DNA of 63,256 nucleotides, filler included, from Chiloscyllium plagiosum (taxonomy: Eukaryota): the NCBI RefSeq assembly GCF_004010195.1. It is 3 parts of one record of this genome, joined end to end, with 100 filler letters (N's around TTAATTAATTAA, not from the genome) between each part and the next. Parts side by side here need not be neighbours in the genome. Positions count along the whole stretch, not along the records: positions 1 to 27,651 come from NC_057713.1; 2 more parts are not named here. One strand, written 5' to 3'. The position numbers and the translations under genes are program-made. A model generated the notes under the pieces. The model saw nothing but the letters and a program-made list of their open reading frames with translations. It searched no databases and had not been told where the DNA came from. Shown one piece after another: positions 14,080 to 26,797 of this stretch (its first letter is position 1; the number at the start of each line of letters is the position of its first letter).

Positions 14080-14575
14080 GTGGTGGTACAGTGGTAACGT
14101 CACAGGACAAGGAATCCATGACTCTAAACTAATGTTCCAGGGACATGGCAGATGCTGAACATTGATACAACAACAAATATGGAATAATAAAACAGCTATT
14201 TTACTGGTAATCATGTACCATTGTCACTTACCCTCAACCTGGTTCACTAAAGTCCTTTAGAAAGTTAGAGCTGAAAATGTGTTGCTGGAAAAGCGCAGCA
14301 GGTCAGGCAGCATCCAAGGAGCAGGAGAATCAACGTTTTGGGCATGAGCCCTTCATCAGGAAGAAGAGCCCTTCTTCTTCGGGCTCATCCCCGAAACGTC
14401 GATTCTCCTGCTCCTGGATGCTGCCTGACCTGCTGCGCTTTTCCAGCAACACATTTTCAGCTCTGATCTCCAGCATATACAGTCCTCACTTCCTCCTTTA
14501 GAAAGTTAATCTGTCATCCTTAACTGGTCTAGATTATGCGTGACTCCAGACTCAGAGCAATGTGGTTAGCTCTGG
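14080..14575 (+). mobile_element. Second tRNA-like SINE family (head GGTGGTACAGTGGTAACGTCAC), interrupted by a fold-back Penelope-type insert
   Basis: Related sequence occurs at ~28340-28645 (+) and ~53230-53540 (-). The body GGTTCACTAA..TCCTTTAG resumes after the insert. Confidence 0.6.
14268..14493. mobile_element. Fold-back Penelope-type mini-element with hammerhead motifs; 15-bp TSD
   Basis: The arms are inverted copies of each other (GAGCTGAAAATGTGTTGCTGGAAAAGCGCAGC... / ...GCTGCGCTTTTCCAGCAACACATTTTCAGCTC). TSD TCCTTTAGAAAGTTA at 14253-14267 and 14494-14508. Confidence 0.85.
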
Positions 14576-14756
14576 ACAGTCCACGACAAATATCATGCTG
14601 TCCCAACAAACTACCATGATTCCATTCCATAGGAACAGTACTGAAGCCACCAAATCATCTGAATTTATAAAGTCAAAGACTTGGGAAAGTGGTTGGGGGC
14701 ATGGGGGTGGGTGGGACAGAGGTGGCGATGAGATGGGGTCATGGTAAAGGTATTTA

Positions 14757-14922
14757 CAGAGAAACCTTGATTATCGTTGGGACACAGGCGGGGAGTATTT
14801 CGATCGATTAATCAAATTCTGGATAATCGAATGCCAGGTAACATGGTTTAGCCAGGCATCAGGACCTTGCGATCTTGCTGGATAATCTGATATTCAGATA
14901 ATCGAATGCCAGATGATCTGGG
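14757..14922. mobile_element. Tc1/mariner (Tigger-like) MITE, truncated copy of the element at 61076
   Basis: Starts TA|CAGAGAAACCTTGATTATC and is colinear with 61076-61249. The right TIR is degraded. Confidence 0.7.
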
Positions 14923-17900
14923 GAGAATATGTTATATATGGGTTTGAAAGAGTTAATACTGACAAGCTACTAAAATGACATCTTGAAGCCTGGTAGGGAG
15001 AGTAGTTAAGAATCTCAAAGGAGTCAGACCCAAGATCAAGTCCCCCTAACAATTTCTGCTATAATATCCTTCTAATATCGCTGCACAGATAGAATCAGCT
15101 GTATACTGCTAATTAGAAACTACATAACTATCCTTTTCCACATGAGACTGCGTGGACATTGGAGAAATGTATGTCCACAAGATACTGGTGAAAGCATAAA
15201 CATCTTCCACAATGTGCTTGACTCGCATTAATGACATTAATCCATGAAATTAATGCATAATTTATTGTTAAAGAATGAAAGGTAACTATGGCAGAAATAG
15301 TAAAGGAATAAATTAAAAATCAACATTCAGCTTCAAAGAAGTATTTAAGCAGCATGTTGTTAAATTATTGCCCCACTGCACTTTGATTTGTTTTAATTAA
15401 CATAATTTTAAAAATTTTCATTACAATAATCAAATTTCTGTAAATTGGATACTGCAGTCTTGAAAGCTGGTGGTACAGTGGTAACGTCACAGGACTGGGA
15501 ATCCATAACTCTAAACTAATGTTCCAGGGACATGGCAAATGGTGAACAGTGACTCAACAATGTTGGATAAGTTGGATACTGCGGCCTTGGAAGCTGGTCA
15601 AAGATTGCTCACAGTGTTAGCAAAACCTTTGTGACTCGAGGAGACTCTTAGACAGCTATTGTTACTAATAAACTTTTAGGAAAGTTGTTTGTCAGCTAGT
15701 ACAAGTCTACATGAGAAGGAAGTTCACTGATTTCACTTTGAAATGAGATCTCCAATATTACTTGAAAGAGAGAGATTTATAGCTATCTCCAGCTTGAAAT
15801 AAAGCGAATGTTTAATAATATATCTCTGCACCTTATATCTGAGATCAAAATATAGGAATAAAAGTAGACATTAAGGGGATTATCTAAAGGATTAAAGGAA
15901 ATAGTCTGCATGTTTGCAAATAATGACAATAAAAAGCATAACAAACCTAGTTGAAAATTTACTTTTAAAGCTGAAACACAATAATAATGGTGACTCAGCT
16001 CATGAATTAAGAAAAACAAATTGATGTTAAAGAAATGCTTTTGAGAAGCGAATTGTACAATAATACTTCAAGATCCCATTGATGTGGAACTATATTTATA
16101 TTGCTCATTTGTTGCAACAGTCAGAATAGGAAATAACTTGCATAGTTTTTAATTAAATTGTGATCCATTGTTTTATTCCTTCCTTCGTGTGTGTATATGC
16201 CAGGGAAACATTGCTGTTGGACTCAAGCAGATCAATCATTCAGCCCCAGCATTATCCACAAGATAAGACTAATTTATTTTCAGAGACATGTTGTAAGGAT
16301 TGAAATTTTCCTTAAATGCCTCAACAAAAATGATTACTGATGCTTCCATTAATGCTGCATACATATTTCACAGTAGATTGTTATCCATTCATCTCTTCAT
16401 TTAGTGTAACAGAGAATGGTGAAGAAACTCAGCAGGTATGGCAGTATCTATGGTTAGAGAATTAATGTTTCAAATCTGATGACACATCTTCAGAAGGGTC
16501 GTTGCTGGTGTACGGTACAAACGAAACAATTCTTCCTTGAAGTTTTGCTGTGATGAAATTAAAGTTCTTTCTCTCTTTATTTAAATTGCTTCACTGAAAA
16601 AAAAATTAATTTTAAACAAACTGATTTACCATATGCAGATTCGTGACTCAATATACAATTTTAGATCTTTTACGCTTGTCTCTGCTGCTCCACCAACAGA
16701 TGGCACTGATTTACCAAGATCATAGCCATGACTGTGGAGATCGGGAAAGCAGAAGCATTTGCATCTCTGTGAAAACAATTGTTTTTGGTATGTGGATGCA
16801 AATTGAAGGGGATAAATTTGGTCACTGTTGTCCTGATTTTACAAACATAAAGGGGCAAAATTTGTGAAGCAACAGTCTAATTCCAATAAGCGCCTAAGGT
16901 AGAGACTTATCAAAATTGTAGGAACCAGGTGCATTTGTTACCTGACTGAAGAAGGTGCTAATTCATTCCATTTGTGAATAATGGTCTAAAACCTATTTCT
17001 GGATTCTTGCTCTTGGTCTATGAATGATGAATGCAGCCAGCTCTCAAAGTTGTTCAGTTATAACTCGGAGGTTATGACCACTTGCAAAACACACAATTTT
17101 TTTACAAATCTGCAGGTGATAATCCATTACTCCTCCCATTGTCCATCCCTCCCCTTCCCTTGAGATATTGGTAATGGCAGGTGTTCCTTTTGGAGGTGCA
17201 ACAGGCACTACGTGAAATTGATTGAAATCAGACATAGATTCAAAATCAGGTAACAATTGGGCCTCTTCAGTTGAAGTGCATACATGTGATCCAGCAGTGG
17301 ACCATTAACCAGTTTTTTTTAAAAAAGTTGAGGATTGTGAATGCTCCATCACTAAATATATTTAAGGTTAGAATAGGCAGATTTTAGTCTGATAGTAAAT
17401 CAATGAATATGGGGATTGGTTGGGAAAGTGGAGTTGAAGGTCAAGCACTGCCATGATCATGCTGAATGACAGAGTAGGCTCAATGGGCCATAAAGTATTG
17501 TCCTGCTTATCTTCCCCATGTTCTTGTGAGCTAACCCAATTCAGTATTAATGTGAGCTAATCCAATTTAGCTAGTTTTCAAATAAAAACAGAAATTGCTA
17601 GAAATACTGAGCATGTCATGCAGCAGTTTGTGCATTAATAATCAGTTTTAACAACATTTCACACATGTAATCCTTCAAGTCAAAGGTCATCAACTTGAAA
17701 TCTTTCAGATCTATTGAGTCTTTCCAGTATTTTCTGATTTATTTCAGATATCCAGTATCTGTACCATCGTGCTTTTGTATTAATTTGTTTTTGAAATTTA
17801 ACTGAGCACGTAACCACAAAGGGTCCACAAACTCCATCAGAGCTTTGCTTTCTGATTGCAAACTGCATTATGCATTTGTAATCTTCAATTATTAATTGTT

Positions 17901-18219
17901 AACGTCTTTTTCTGACCAAAGTAATTTAGGAATGATCTTTTATCGAATGCTTATTCTCTTTGGATTTGTGTTCAAAAAAGTTCATTTGACATTCAGCAAA
18001 GTGCCAAACCTATTTCATCTAACAGCTGTTTATCTACTGTGTTATGAAAGGAACAAAAATACTATGACTCTTTCTTGTAGCTGCATCAATCATATTATTG
18101 GTGTTTTATTTTGCTCTGTGAACAGGCAAGGTTTAATCAAACACATGTAACAAATGTAAATTTTAACAACATTCTATATTTAGACAATGCGTATCTTGAA
18201 TTCAAAATGTATTTTAAAA

Positions 18220-20230
18220 TTCATTCATGGGAAGTGGATGTCACTGGCTATGTCAGTATTTATTCCCATTCCTAGTTACCTTGGAGAAGATGGTGGTAAG
18301 CTGCCTGCTGCAGTCTATTTTATGTAGTTAGACCGACTACACAAAGGAGTTAGGGAGGGAACTATAGGGTCTTGACCCGGCGACACTGAAGGAGCAGCAC
18401 AATATTGCCAAGTCAGGAAGGTGGGTGGCTTGGAGTGGAACTTGCAGGTGCTGGTGATTCCCATATATCTGCTGCTCTTGTCCTTCTAGATGGTTGTGGT
18501 CACGCATTTGGAAGCTGCTGTCGAAGGGATCTTAGTGAATCTCTGCAATACATCTTATAAATGGTGCACACTGCTGCCTCAGTAGACGGTAATGGCATTA
18601 AGGTAGGTAAAAACAAGGACTGCAGATGCTGGAAACCAGAGTCTAGGTTAGAGTGGTGCTGGAAAAGCACAGCAGGTCAGGCAGCATCTGAGGAGCAGGA
18701 AAATCGATGTTTCGGATGAAAGCCCTTCATCAGGAATAGAGGCAGGGTGCCTGCAGGGTGGAAAGATCTTGAGGCTACATTCACCCAGTATTCCATCACA
18801 CTCCATGCTTGTGCCTTCTTGGTGTCAGATTGCCTTTGGGAGTCAGGAGGTTAGTCACTTGAAACAAGATTCTTAGCCTCCGACTTGCTCTTGTAACCAT
18901 TTATTTGTCAGACTAGAGCATTTCAACTTCTGGCCAGTAATAATCCCCAGGATGTTGCTGGATGGGGATGCAGTGATGGTAGTGCCATTTAATATCTACA
19001 GTCAATGGTTAGATTCTCACTGTTGATGATGGTCATTGCTGGCATTTGTGTGGAACCATTGTTACTTGCCACTTGTCAGCTGAAGCCTGGATGTTGTCCA
19101 AGTCTTGCTACAATTGGTTTTGGATCTCTTCAATATCTGACAGTTTGCGAATGTTGCTGAACATTGTGAAATCATCGGCGAACATCTACACGTCTGACCT
19201 AATGGTTGAGGAAAGGTCACTGATGAAGTAGCTGAAGTCTAGGATACTACTCTGAGGAACTCCTGCAGAGATTTCCTGGAACTGAGATGTCTGATCTCCA
19301 CCAAGCACGACCATCTTCCAATGTGCCAGGGATGACTTCACCCAATGGAAACAAGTCCCAAAGTTGCTGTTGACTATAGTTTTGTTAAAGCTTCTTGATG
19401 CCACACCCAGTCAAATGTGACCTTGATGTTGCTTACAGCTCACCTCTGGAATTTATCCATGTTTCTACCAAGGTTGTAATAAATCAGAAACACAGTGGCC
19501 CTGGCACAGCCCAAATTGAATGTCACTGAGTAGGTTATTACTGAGCAGGTGCTGCTCGATGACACCTTCAATCACTTTACTGATGATCGAGAGTAGACTG
19601 ATAATGGGGCATTAATTGACTGGGTTGGATTTATCTAACATTTTGTGCACAGAACACACCTAGGCAATTTTCCACAATGTTGGGAGGCTGCCAATATTGT
19701 AACTGTACTGGAAGAAATGGTGAGGGGTACTGCAAGTTCTGGAGCACAAGTCTTCAGTACTATTTTTTAGATTTCTTACAATGTGGAAACAGGCCCTTTG
19801 GCCCAACCAGTCCACACCAACCCTCTGAAGAGTAACCCACCCAGACCCATTTCCCTCTGACTAATGCACCTAGCACTATGGGTAACTTGGCATGGCCAAT
19901 TCACCTGACCTGCATATCTTTGGACTGTGGGAGGAAACCAGAGCACCCGGCAGAAACCCAGGCATACACGGGGAGAATGTGCAAACTCCACACAGACAGT
20001 CGCCCAAGGCCGGAATCGAATCTGGGACCCTGGTGCTGTGAGGCAACAGTGCTAACCACTGAGCCACCATGCTGCCCTGGAATATTACTGGAATATTATC
20101 AGGCCCCATAACCTTTGCAGTATCCACTGTTTACAACTGTTTCTTGATATCATATAGAGTGAATCGAATTTGCTGAAACTGTCATTTATGATTCTGGGGA
20201 CTACTGGAAAAGATTGAGATAGATTATCTA
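18220..20230 (-). mobile_element. Degraded CR1/L2-superfamily LINE (3' half) carrying a Penelope-type terminus (~18607-18765) and an HE1-like SINE (19766-20077)
   Basis: RT remnants include ISAGVPQSSIL (GVPQGS motif) and MGPDNIP. Same family as 37210-38250. Confidence 0.7.
19766..20077 (-). mobile_element. HE1-like V-SINE, near full length
   Basis: The reverse complement begins GGGCAGCATGGTGGCTCAGTGGTTAGCACTG (A box), has a B-box-like GATTCGATTCC and ends in a CR1-type tail. Confidence 0.88.
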
Positions 20231-21702
20231 TCCAGCACATTTTTGGCATCAGGTGACTTTAAACTGCTTTAGAGTTTTGAAATCAGTTGGACTAATATTC
20301 AAAATTAATTTCACATCGCAATGCAGATCTTTTATCCATTTTAAACAGGAATCATTTCAGCTCCCCTTCTTCATCTCATCTTCTGGTCCTTATAATTTCA
20401 AATGTTTTTCTTTTGTTAGTCTCTTAGCTGGATCACTCTGAGTTGAGACGATGGGATTCTATGCTATACTCCTTCATCAACATTGATGCATTTTAGTTTG
20501 TCTCTTCCTAATTAAAATGTGTTAATTCCTTCTAAATTCTCTCAGTCCTCATTTCTAGAGGAATTTAGTAACTGTTGCTAACAAAAAGGGGAAAGATTCT
20601 GCACCCAAAGTTTGGGGGCTAATGGAAGAAAATGGAGCAATGTCCTAACCACAGAATCACCTACACGCCCAATGTCCATAAGTACAAAATGTGCCAAATA
20701 CCAAACTGTTCTTAAATATACCAATCAGGAGCCTAAAGCATGTGTAGACCTCTAATGTCAAATTTGAATTAAAGGAGGGGTGCATTTTCTCTCAAAGAAT
20801 ACAGATCAGCCAGATAGAATGGAAAAAAGCAATTTGAGATCCTGCAGGGTCAAATGATTCCCAATGCAACAGTAGGGATGCTCATGAAATACATAACCTT
20901 CAAAAAGACATTTTTAAAAAAAAAGAATTTAAAAGAATGAAAATAAAAGTGATCACTATTTGCTGAATTATTGCATTGCCTACAAAGCAGCATCCAGATA
21001 TGGAAATGTTCAACACCCACTTTTGTGGGGTTCTCATGTTAGCTAAAGAGTGTGTAGTCTTAGCAAGGGACATTCCATTTGAGGAATCTGTGACATCCAT
21101 TATATTATTTCTTGATGCTCTATTTAGACCCTTAAGTTGGGAGATTGAATGGATCAGCCCTGTAGTCTGGTTTTGCATAGATGAGCAAGAACGCTAATTA
21201 TACCAGCAATAGACTGGCCTAATGTACAGCTCTAAACAAAACTCTGAATTTCTCGAGGGGACTGATTCTGAGCCTTTGATTGAGAGTGGGAGAATCAGAA
21301 TGAGACAGCAGTAGATGGTATCTGCATGAACGGTTCTCCCCAGGAAAAAGATGTAATACATGCACGCAAATAGTTTTACATGTTCCCTGTTATGAGCTTG
21401 GCTTGTTTAGCAATCAAAGAGATTCCTTTCCTCAGCATACAGCTGGATTGTGACCACAAGCACCATATAATGTGGGTCCACGCCTACTACTTCAGCAGCA
21501 GTCATGATTTCAATTCTCTACTCAGTCTCCTCTGACTTTATTCCTCCCACCTGCCAAGTTGCTGAGCATCAAAGGCCATCCGTTCCAGAAGTAGATAATG
21601 ATAATTTATCGAGAGTGTGGTGCTGGAAAAGCACAGCACGTAAGGCAACATCCGAGGAGCAGGAAAATTAGACGTTTCGGACAAAAGCCCTTCATCAGGA
21701 AA

Positions 21703-21950
21703 TAGCACATTCTCCCTGTGCCCGAGTGGATTTCCTGTGGGTGCTCCGGTTCCCCCACATAGTCCTCCCATAGTTTCCTGTAGGGATTTTATGAAGTCCA
21801 AATATGTGCAGGTTTGGGTAGATTGGCCGTGGGAAATTGCCCCATTGTGTGCAGGGAAAATGTCGGGGGGTGGGTCTGGATGGGATGGTCTTTGGATGGT
21901 CGGTGTGGACTCCATGAGCCAAATCTTCTGCTTCCACATTGTAGGGATTC
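21703..21950 (+). mobile_element. 5'-truncated HE1-like SINE directly abutting a Penelope-type terminus (21610-21702, minus)
   Basis: GCACATTCTCCCTGTG...GGTTCCCCCACATAGTCC...GGTCGGTGTGGAC...CTGCTTCCACATTGTAGGGATTC. Confidence 0.7.
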
Positions 21951-22770
21951 CACGATTCTGAACCAGGAGAGCAGGCAAAGTCTGCGAGTTCTAGCATGAT
22001 GAACATTAACTAATACTTGAGGGAACAGATTGACTGTGCACTGAGTAAAAATTCAAAGATCTCCAGTTTGGAACTAACCTCCTAACAGGCTTATTATGAA
22101 ATCACTGTGCAGCCAATCCTATTGGCTCCCATTCCATTTCCATTATATTTCTGCACCCAACCAGAACAGTGATCAACCCCATAACGTTGACATCTATTCT
22201 TCATAAACAAGTCAAAGACTGGCCGGTATATCTTTCAGCTTGTATCTTTCTGTAGGATTTGCTTCTCATTTCTGATCTGTCTATGTGTGTTGGGTTATCA
22301 GATATTCTCACAATTAGTAACTCACTCTTTTGCCAACTCAAGGTAGCCCAGTTAAATCGGTTCCTTTTAAAACATAAATTCATTTGATCCTGTGAGAAGA
22401 TATAATTATGATAAAATTTAATCACTGTGGGCTCAGCAGGGGCTTTTTTTCAAATCACTCAGTTTCAATAACATAATATCAGTGTTCAAAGTGATAAAAG
22501 ACCACCATGGTGTTATCAGCACCAACTCTTTTTGTTATTTCAATCCAGGTTATCTCAATGTTTAATCAGATAAAACCGTACCAGGTTTGAGTCAGGACTG
22601 TGCATCAAATGACGTGAGCCCTTTATAGCTATTGTCAGTCACAGCCACAGTCAAGAGATTCGCTTATTATGTTGGTTAACATATTTCCTGAAGGTTATAC
22701 AATGTCCAGCGCTTATAGATTAAAGTGAAAACCAATTGGATCACTGCTGGAATAGGGACCAGGGTGTAAA

Positions 22771-22993
22771 TCTTTGAGGAGAAAGTGAGGTCTGCAGATG
22801 CTGGAGATCAGAGCTGGAAATGTGTTGCTGGAAAAGCGCAGCAGGTCAGGCAGCATCCAGGGAACAGGAGAATTGACGTTTCGGGCATAAGCCCTTCTTC
22901 AGGAATGGAGAAAGTTTGTCCTGAAGAAACGTCGATTCTCCTGTTCCCTGGATGCTGCCTGAGCTGCTGCGCTTTTCCAGCAACACATTTCCA
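22771..22993. mobile_element. Fold-back Penelope-type mini-element with hammerhead motif; 13-bp TSD
   Basis: Inverted arms. TSD ACCAGGGTGTAAA at 22758-22770 and 22994-23006. Confidence 0.85.
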
Positions 22994-25062
22994 ACCAGGG
23001 TGTAAACTCAGGCAACAAATAACATTGGTGTTGCTTGATGATTTTAATCAAGTAGACATTCAGCGAACACAACCAGTGTCAGGCATTTTGTTGACACCGC
23101 ATAATGTGGGATTCATTCTGAATATTCATCTGTGTTTCTTGGTACAGGGAGCACTATTCCTTTTGAAGGGAGAAAACCTTCTAGACATTAATTCCGTGAC
23201 ATTAGGAACAGATTGCAGAGTATGCAGGTTCCAGGTACCCAGCTCCCAGAATATTTATGCAAAACTGGAAGAATGGTCTCACTGCGGTTGTTACGGTAAG
23301 AATTTCGCTGATTTACTTTTGGTGCACAGCTCTGGCAGTTCCTTGCCATCTCGTAGTCTTTGCCCAAAGTAAAATCAGACCCACAGTGCCATGATCTCCA
23401 CCATGGTACAGCAAGCAAGTAGTTTCCAAATGTACACAACCAGAAGAGAGATCAAACCCATAATGTTAACATCTACTCTTCACATCCAAGTCAAAGACTG
23501 GCCCGTGTATTTTATTAACTAGTGTCTTTTTAATTAGATTCACTTATCATTTCTAATCTTTTTCTGCCTTCTGCCTTATCATTTCCTCTCGTGTTTAGCA
23601 ACTGACAAACTTGTTCTTTTGTTAACTCAAGAAAGCCCAATTAAAGTGGCTCCTTTTAAAACATAAATTCATTTGATCCTGCAGAAAGGTATCCTTCGTA
23701 AATTAACCAGGTCACGATAACTGAAAGGGCAGTTGTACAACAAAGGGAAGCCAATTCATCCTTCTGCACCAGGGAGCCTCTGGAAAATAAATTGTGGATG
23801 AGTATGATTTGTTTGGCATGGTTATTGTATTTTGAGGGCTAACATGGTGGTGTGAAATCCAAATTAAGACACATGTCTTTTCTACTATGAGGGCCATACT
23901 GATGAACAGATCAATATTTTACCAAATTGCATCTCAATATCAAATGGATGGGTGGTCATTTGCTGTTATTTTATGTTATACAGAAGAATGCTCTTTGGTG
24001 ACACAAGTTACATGAAATCAATGTTGATCTTAGAAAATTAGGAAGAGCCCTAAAGGATTCCTCCTTCAATTTACTGTGATTTGGACCAATTTCCTACAGC
24101 AAGTACTGGTCTTCAGCAATTGATCATAGAGGAGATAGACTTAATAACAAATTCCTATTCACCATTATTCACTGCTTCTGAAAAAGAAATCAACCTTATG
24201 GTGCCACAGTCTTGAACACTGTAAGGTTTGTGTGAATATTCTGTTCCAGCAGAATTGCAGGGTTGGACAAACATCAAAAGACTGATTAGGAACAATATAT
24301 AGTCTTTAAGCTTTATCTGTATTGAGACTTTGGGCAAAGAAACCCTTAAAAACTACCAGCATTTGGGAATGTTTCCTGTGCAGTTGTAACTTGAACTTGG
24401 AACTTTAGAATATATAAAATCAAATTTCATCTATCAAATCACATTTGGAAAAAAAGCTACCATTTAAACCAGGGTGAAAACTGTGTTGGACTCTCTTTAA
24501 TAAGAATCCATTTTTATTTTCAGACATAACATAAATTATTTTGAAAAAAATTTATAGTCAAAGCATTTTAATACAAATGCAGGTTTTAGTAAAACCTTTC
24601 ACAGATTTAATCTTTTATCCAACTATTTCTAATTTTAAAATTGTCTTTATCAGGTTATGGTAAATTAATTGAAATAACAATGATCATGTTTGTTTGTGTC
24701 TTTCCTAGCTAGTTGATGCATATTATTGCTCAGGACAATGTCCTAATGGTGAGGTTATGCAGCACGTACATGCTTGACATGCTCTCTGTTGAATACTGTA
24801 TGGCTTCTCCAGAAATGTTCAAGCCCACCTGCTCAAATGATAGGAACTAACGGCATTATGGGTCTACCTACACCAAATGGACTGCAGTGGTTCAAGAAAG
24901 CATCTCACCATCACCTTCTCAAGGGCTACTAGGGACGGGCAATAAATGCTGATTCAGCCAGCCAACACTACATCCCTTGACTGAATAAAAAAAAGTATTC
25001 TGGGGTGGGTTCAATGGGCTGAGTGGCCTTATTCTTTGCTGTAACTATTCTAAAATTAAAAC

Positions 25063-25224
25063 CTTTTATCTTAGCCTGCTTGGCACACCCTCCTCATTCC
25101 TGAAGAAGGGCTTATGCCCGAAACGTCGATTCTCCTGCTCCTTGGATGCTGCCTGACCTGCTGCGCTTTTCCAGCAACACATTTTTCAGCTCTAATCTCC
25201 GGCACTTGCAGTCCTCACTTTCTC
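25063..25224 (+). mobile_element. Penelope-type terminal repeat (single arm)
   Basis: Ends ...GCAGTCCTCACTTTCTC like the other copies. Imperfect TSD CTAAAATTAAAAC (25050-25062) / CTAAAACTAACAC (25225-25237). Confidence 0.8.
25097..25130 (+). ncRNA. Minimal type-I hammerhead ribozyme motif (family A)
   Basis: CTGAAGA (25100-06), A, GGGC-ttat-GCCC (stem II), GAAA, CG, TC. The core is intact and stem III is the palindrome ACGT with a GTC triplet. Stem I is weak (TC/GA). Confidence 0.7.
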
Positions 25225-25924
25225 CTAAAACTAACACAATGCTGGCCAAAGCTAGTGAAAGTTCACCGACCTGAAACATCAATTCTATTTCTTTGTCCAC
25301 TGCTGCTGTCTGGCATTCTGACTATTTCCAACAATTTCTACTATTATTTTTGATTCCCGATGTCCAGTTCTGAGGAAGAGTTACTGGACCTGAAACATGA
25401 ACTCTGATTTCTCTCCACAGATGCTGCCAGACCTACTGAGCTCTTTCTGTTTTTGTTTCTGATTTACAGCATCCATAGTTGTTCAGATTCAGAGTATTTT
25501 GCCATTTTATCTGTGTATAAGTTAAATAAAGCCTTTTTATTCATGCATATTTTTGATAATTGCCAACTGTAAATGTTTATTTATTTCTGTTTTGAAACGA
25601 AAGAAAAATCATTATAATGTTCAGATTACAACATCTTACACTGAAACAGGCAACTGAACCAATTAAATAATTAAATGTGAACATCTGCTGGGATTCTTAG
25701 CATTTTAATCAAGTTGTAGCTCGTAAGTGTGCATCCAAACCCATTGAATAATGTTTGTACATAACTACCACAAGTTCATGTTTTCTTTCAATTGATAAGA
25801 TCACTGGATTTCTTTGTAATCCCCTTTGATATATGAAAGTTAAAGATGGGCAGAATTGAATGGCCACCCTTTCGGCCATTCTGGGTTCAAATCTCAACGG
25901 TGACGGAGACGTTATTTATAAAAT

Positions 25925-26293
25925 GTGGTTTATAAAATCACAAGGGGCATGGATAGGGTAAACAGACAAGGATTTTTTCCCCAGGATATGGAGTCCAAAG
26001 CTAGAAGGCATAAGTTTAAGGTGAGAGGGGAAAGATTCAAAAAGGAACTAAGGGGCAACGTTTTCATGCAGAGGGTGGTTCGTGTATGGAATGAGCTGCC
26101 AGAGGAAGTGCTGGAGGCTGGTACAATTACAACATTTAAACGGCATCTGGATGGATGCATGAATCAGAAGGGTTTAGAGGGATATGGGCCAAGTGCTGGC
26201 AAGTGGTACTAGATTAGGATGGGATATCTGGTCAGCATGGATGAGTTGGATTGAAGGGACAGTTTCCGTGCAGTAGAGCTCTATAACTCTATG
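25925..26293 (+). mobile_element. CR1 (HER1-like) LINE 3' end
   Basis: ORF VYKITRGMDRV...RVVRVWNELPEEVLEAGTITTFKRHLD followed by the 3' UTR tail. Confidence 0.9.
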
Positions 26294-26325
26294 AAAGAAG
26301 AATGCCCATTGCATTATTGATATTG

Positions 26326-26535
26326 TGGCTGTTGGTTAGCTCAGTTGGCTGGATAGCCAGTGAGCAATGCCAGCAGTGTGGGTTCAATTCCTGCATTAAC
26401 TGAGGTTACCACAAAGCACTCTCTTTCTCAACCTCTCTCCTCGCCTTAGGCATGGTGTCTCTCAGGTTAAACCTCCACCAGTCTTCTCTGTAATGAGAGA
26501 GTGGCCTTTGGGAATTATGGCAATTTAGGATTTAC
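26326..26535 (+). mobile_element. tRNA-derived SINE (third family)
   Basis: A box TAGCTCAGTTGG and B box GGTTCAATTCC followed by a non-tRNA body. Confidence 0.6.
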
Positions 26536-26797
26536 CTTTATTTTATATATATCCATCTCTTGGTTCATGACCCATCTGCTTTGGTTCCAGACTTTAGCGT
26601 GAATGATCATTTAAAATGTCATGGGGCCTGCAGGATTGGGGAGGGTGGGAGAAGCTGAAACATCGCGGGAAGGGGAGGGGGGAAACACGCGATGGAGTGA
26701 TCTTCATGATGCCAGCAACAATGCATTTTGTCATTGCAGCAGTGAGGAAGCCGGGGGACATCCTAGCCCTGAGGGCAATTCTGTCAATGAAGTGATT

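Noticed and set aside
14268..14493. miRNA precursor or DNA-transposon MITE interpretation of the hairpins
   Set aside because: Arm lengths and junctions vary per copy, TSDs are long (13-15 bp), and single-arm copies are attached to GIY-YIG remnants. This fits Penelope retrotransposition better.
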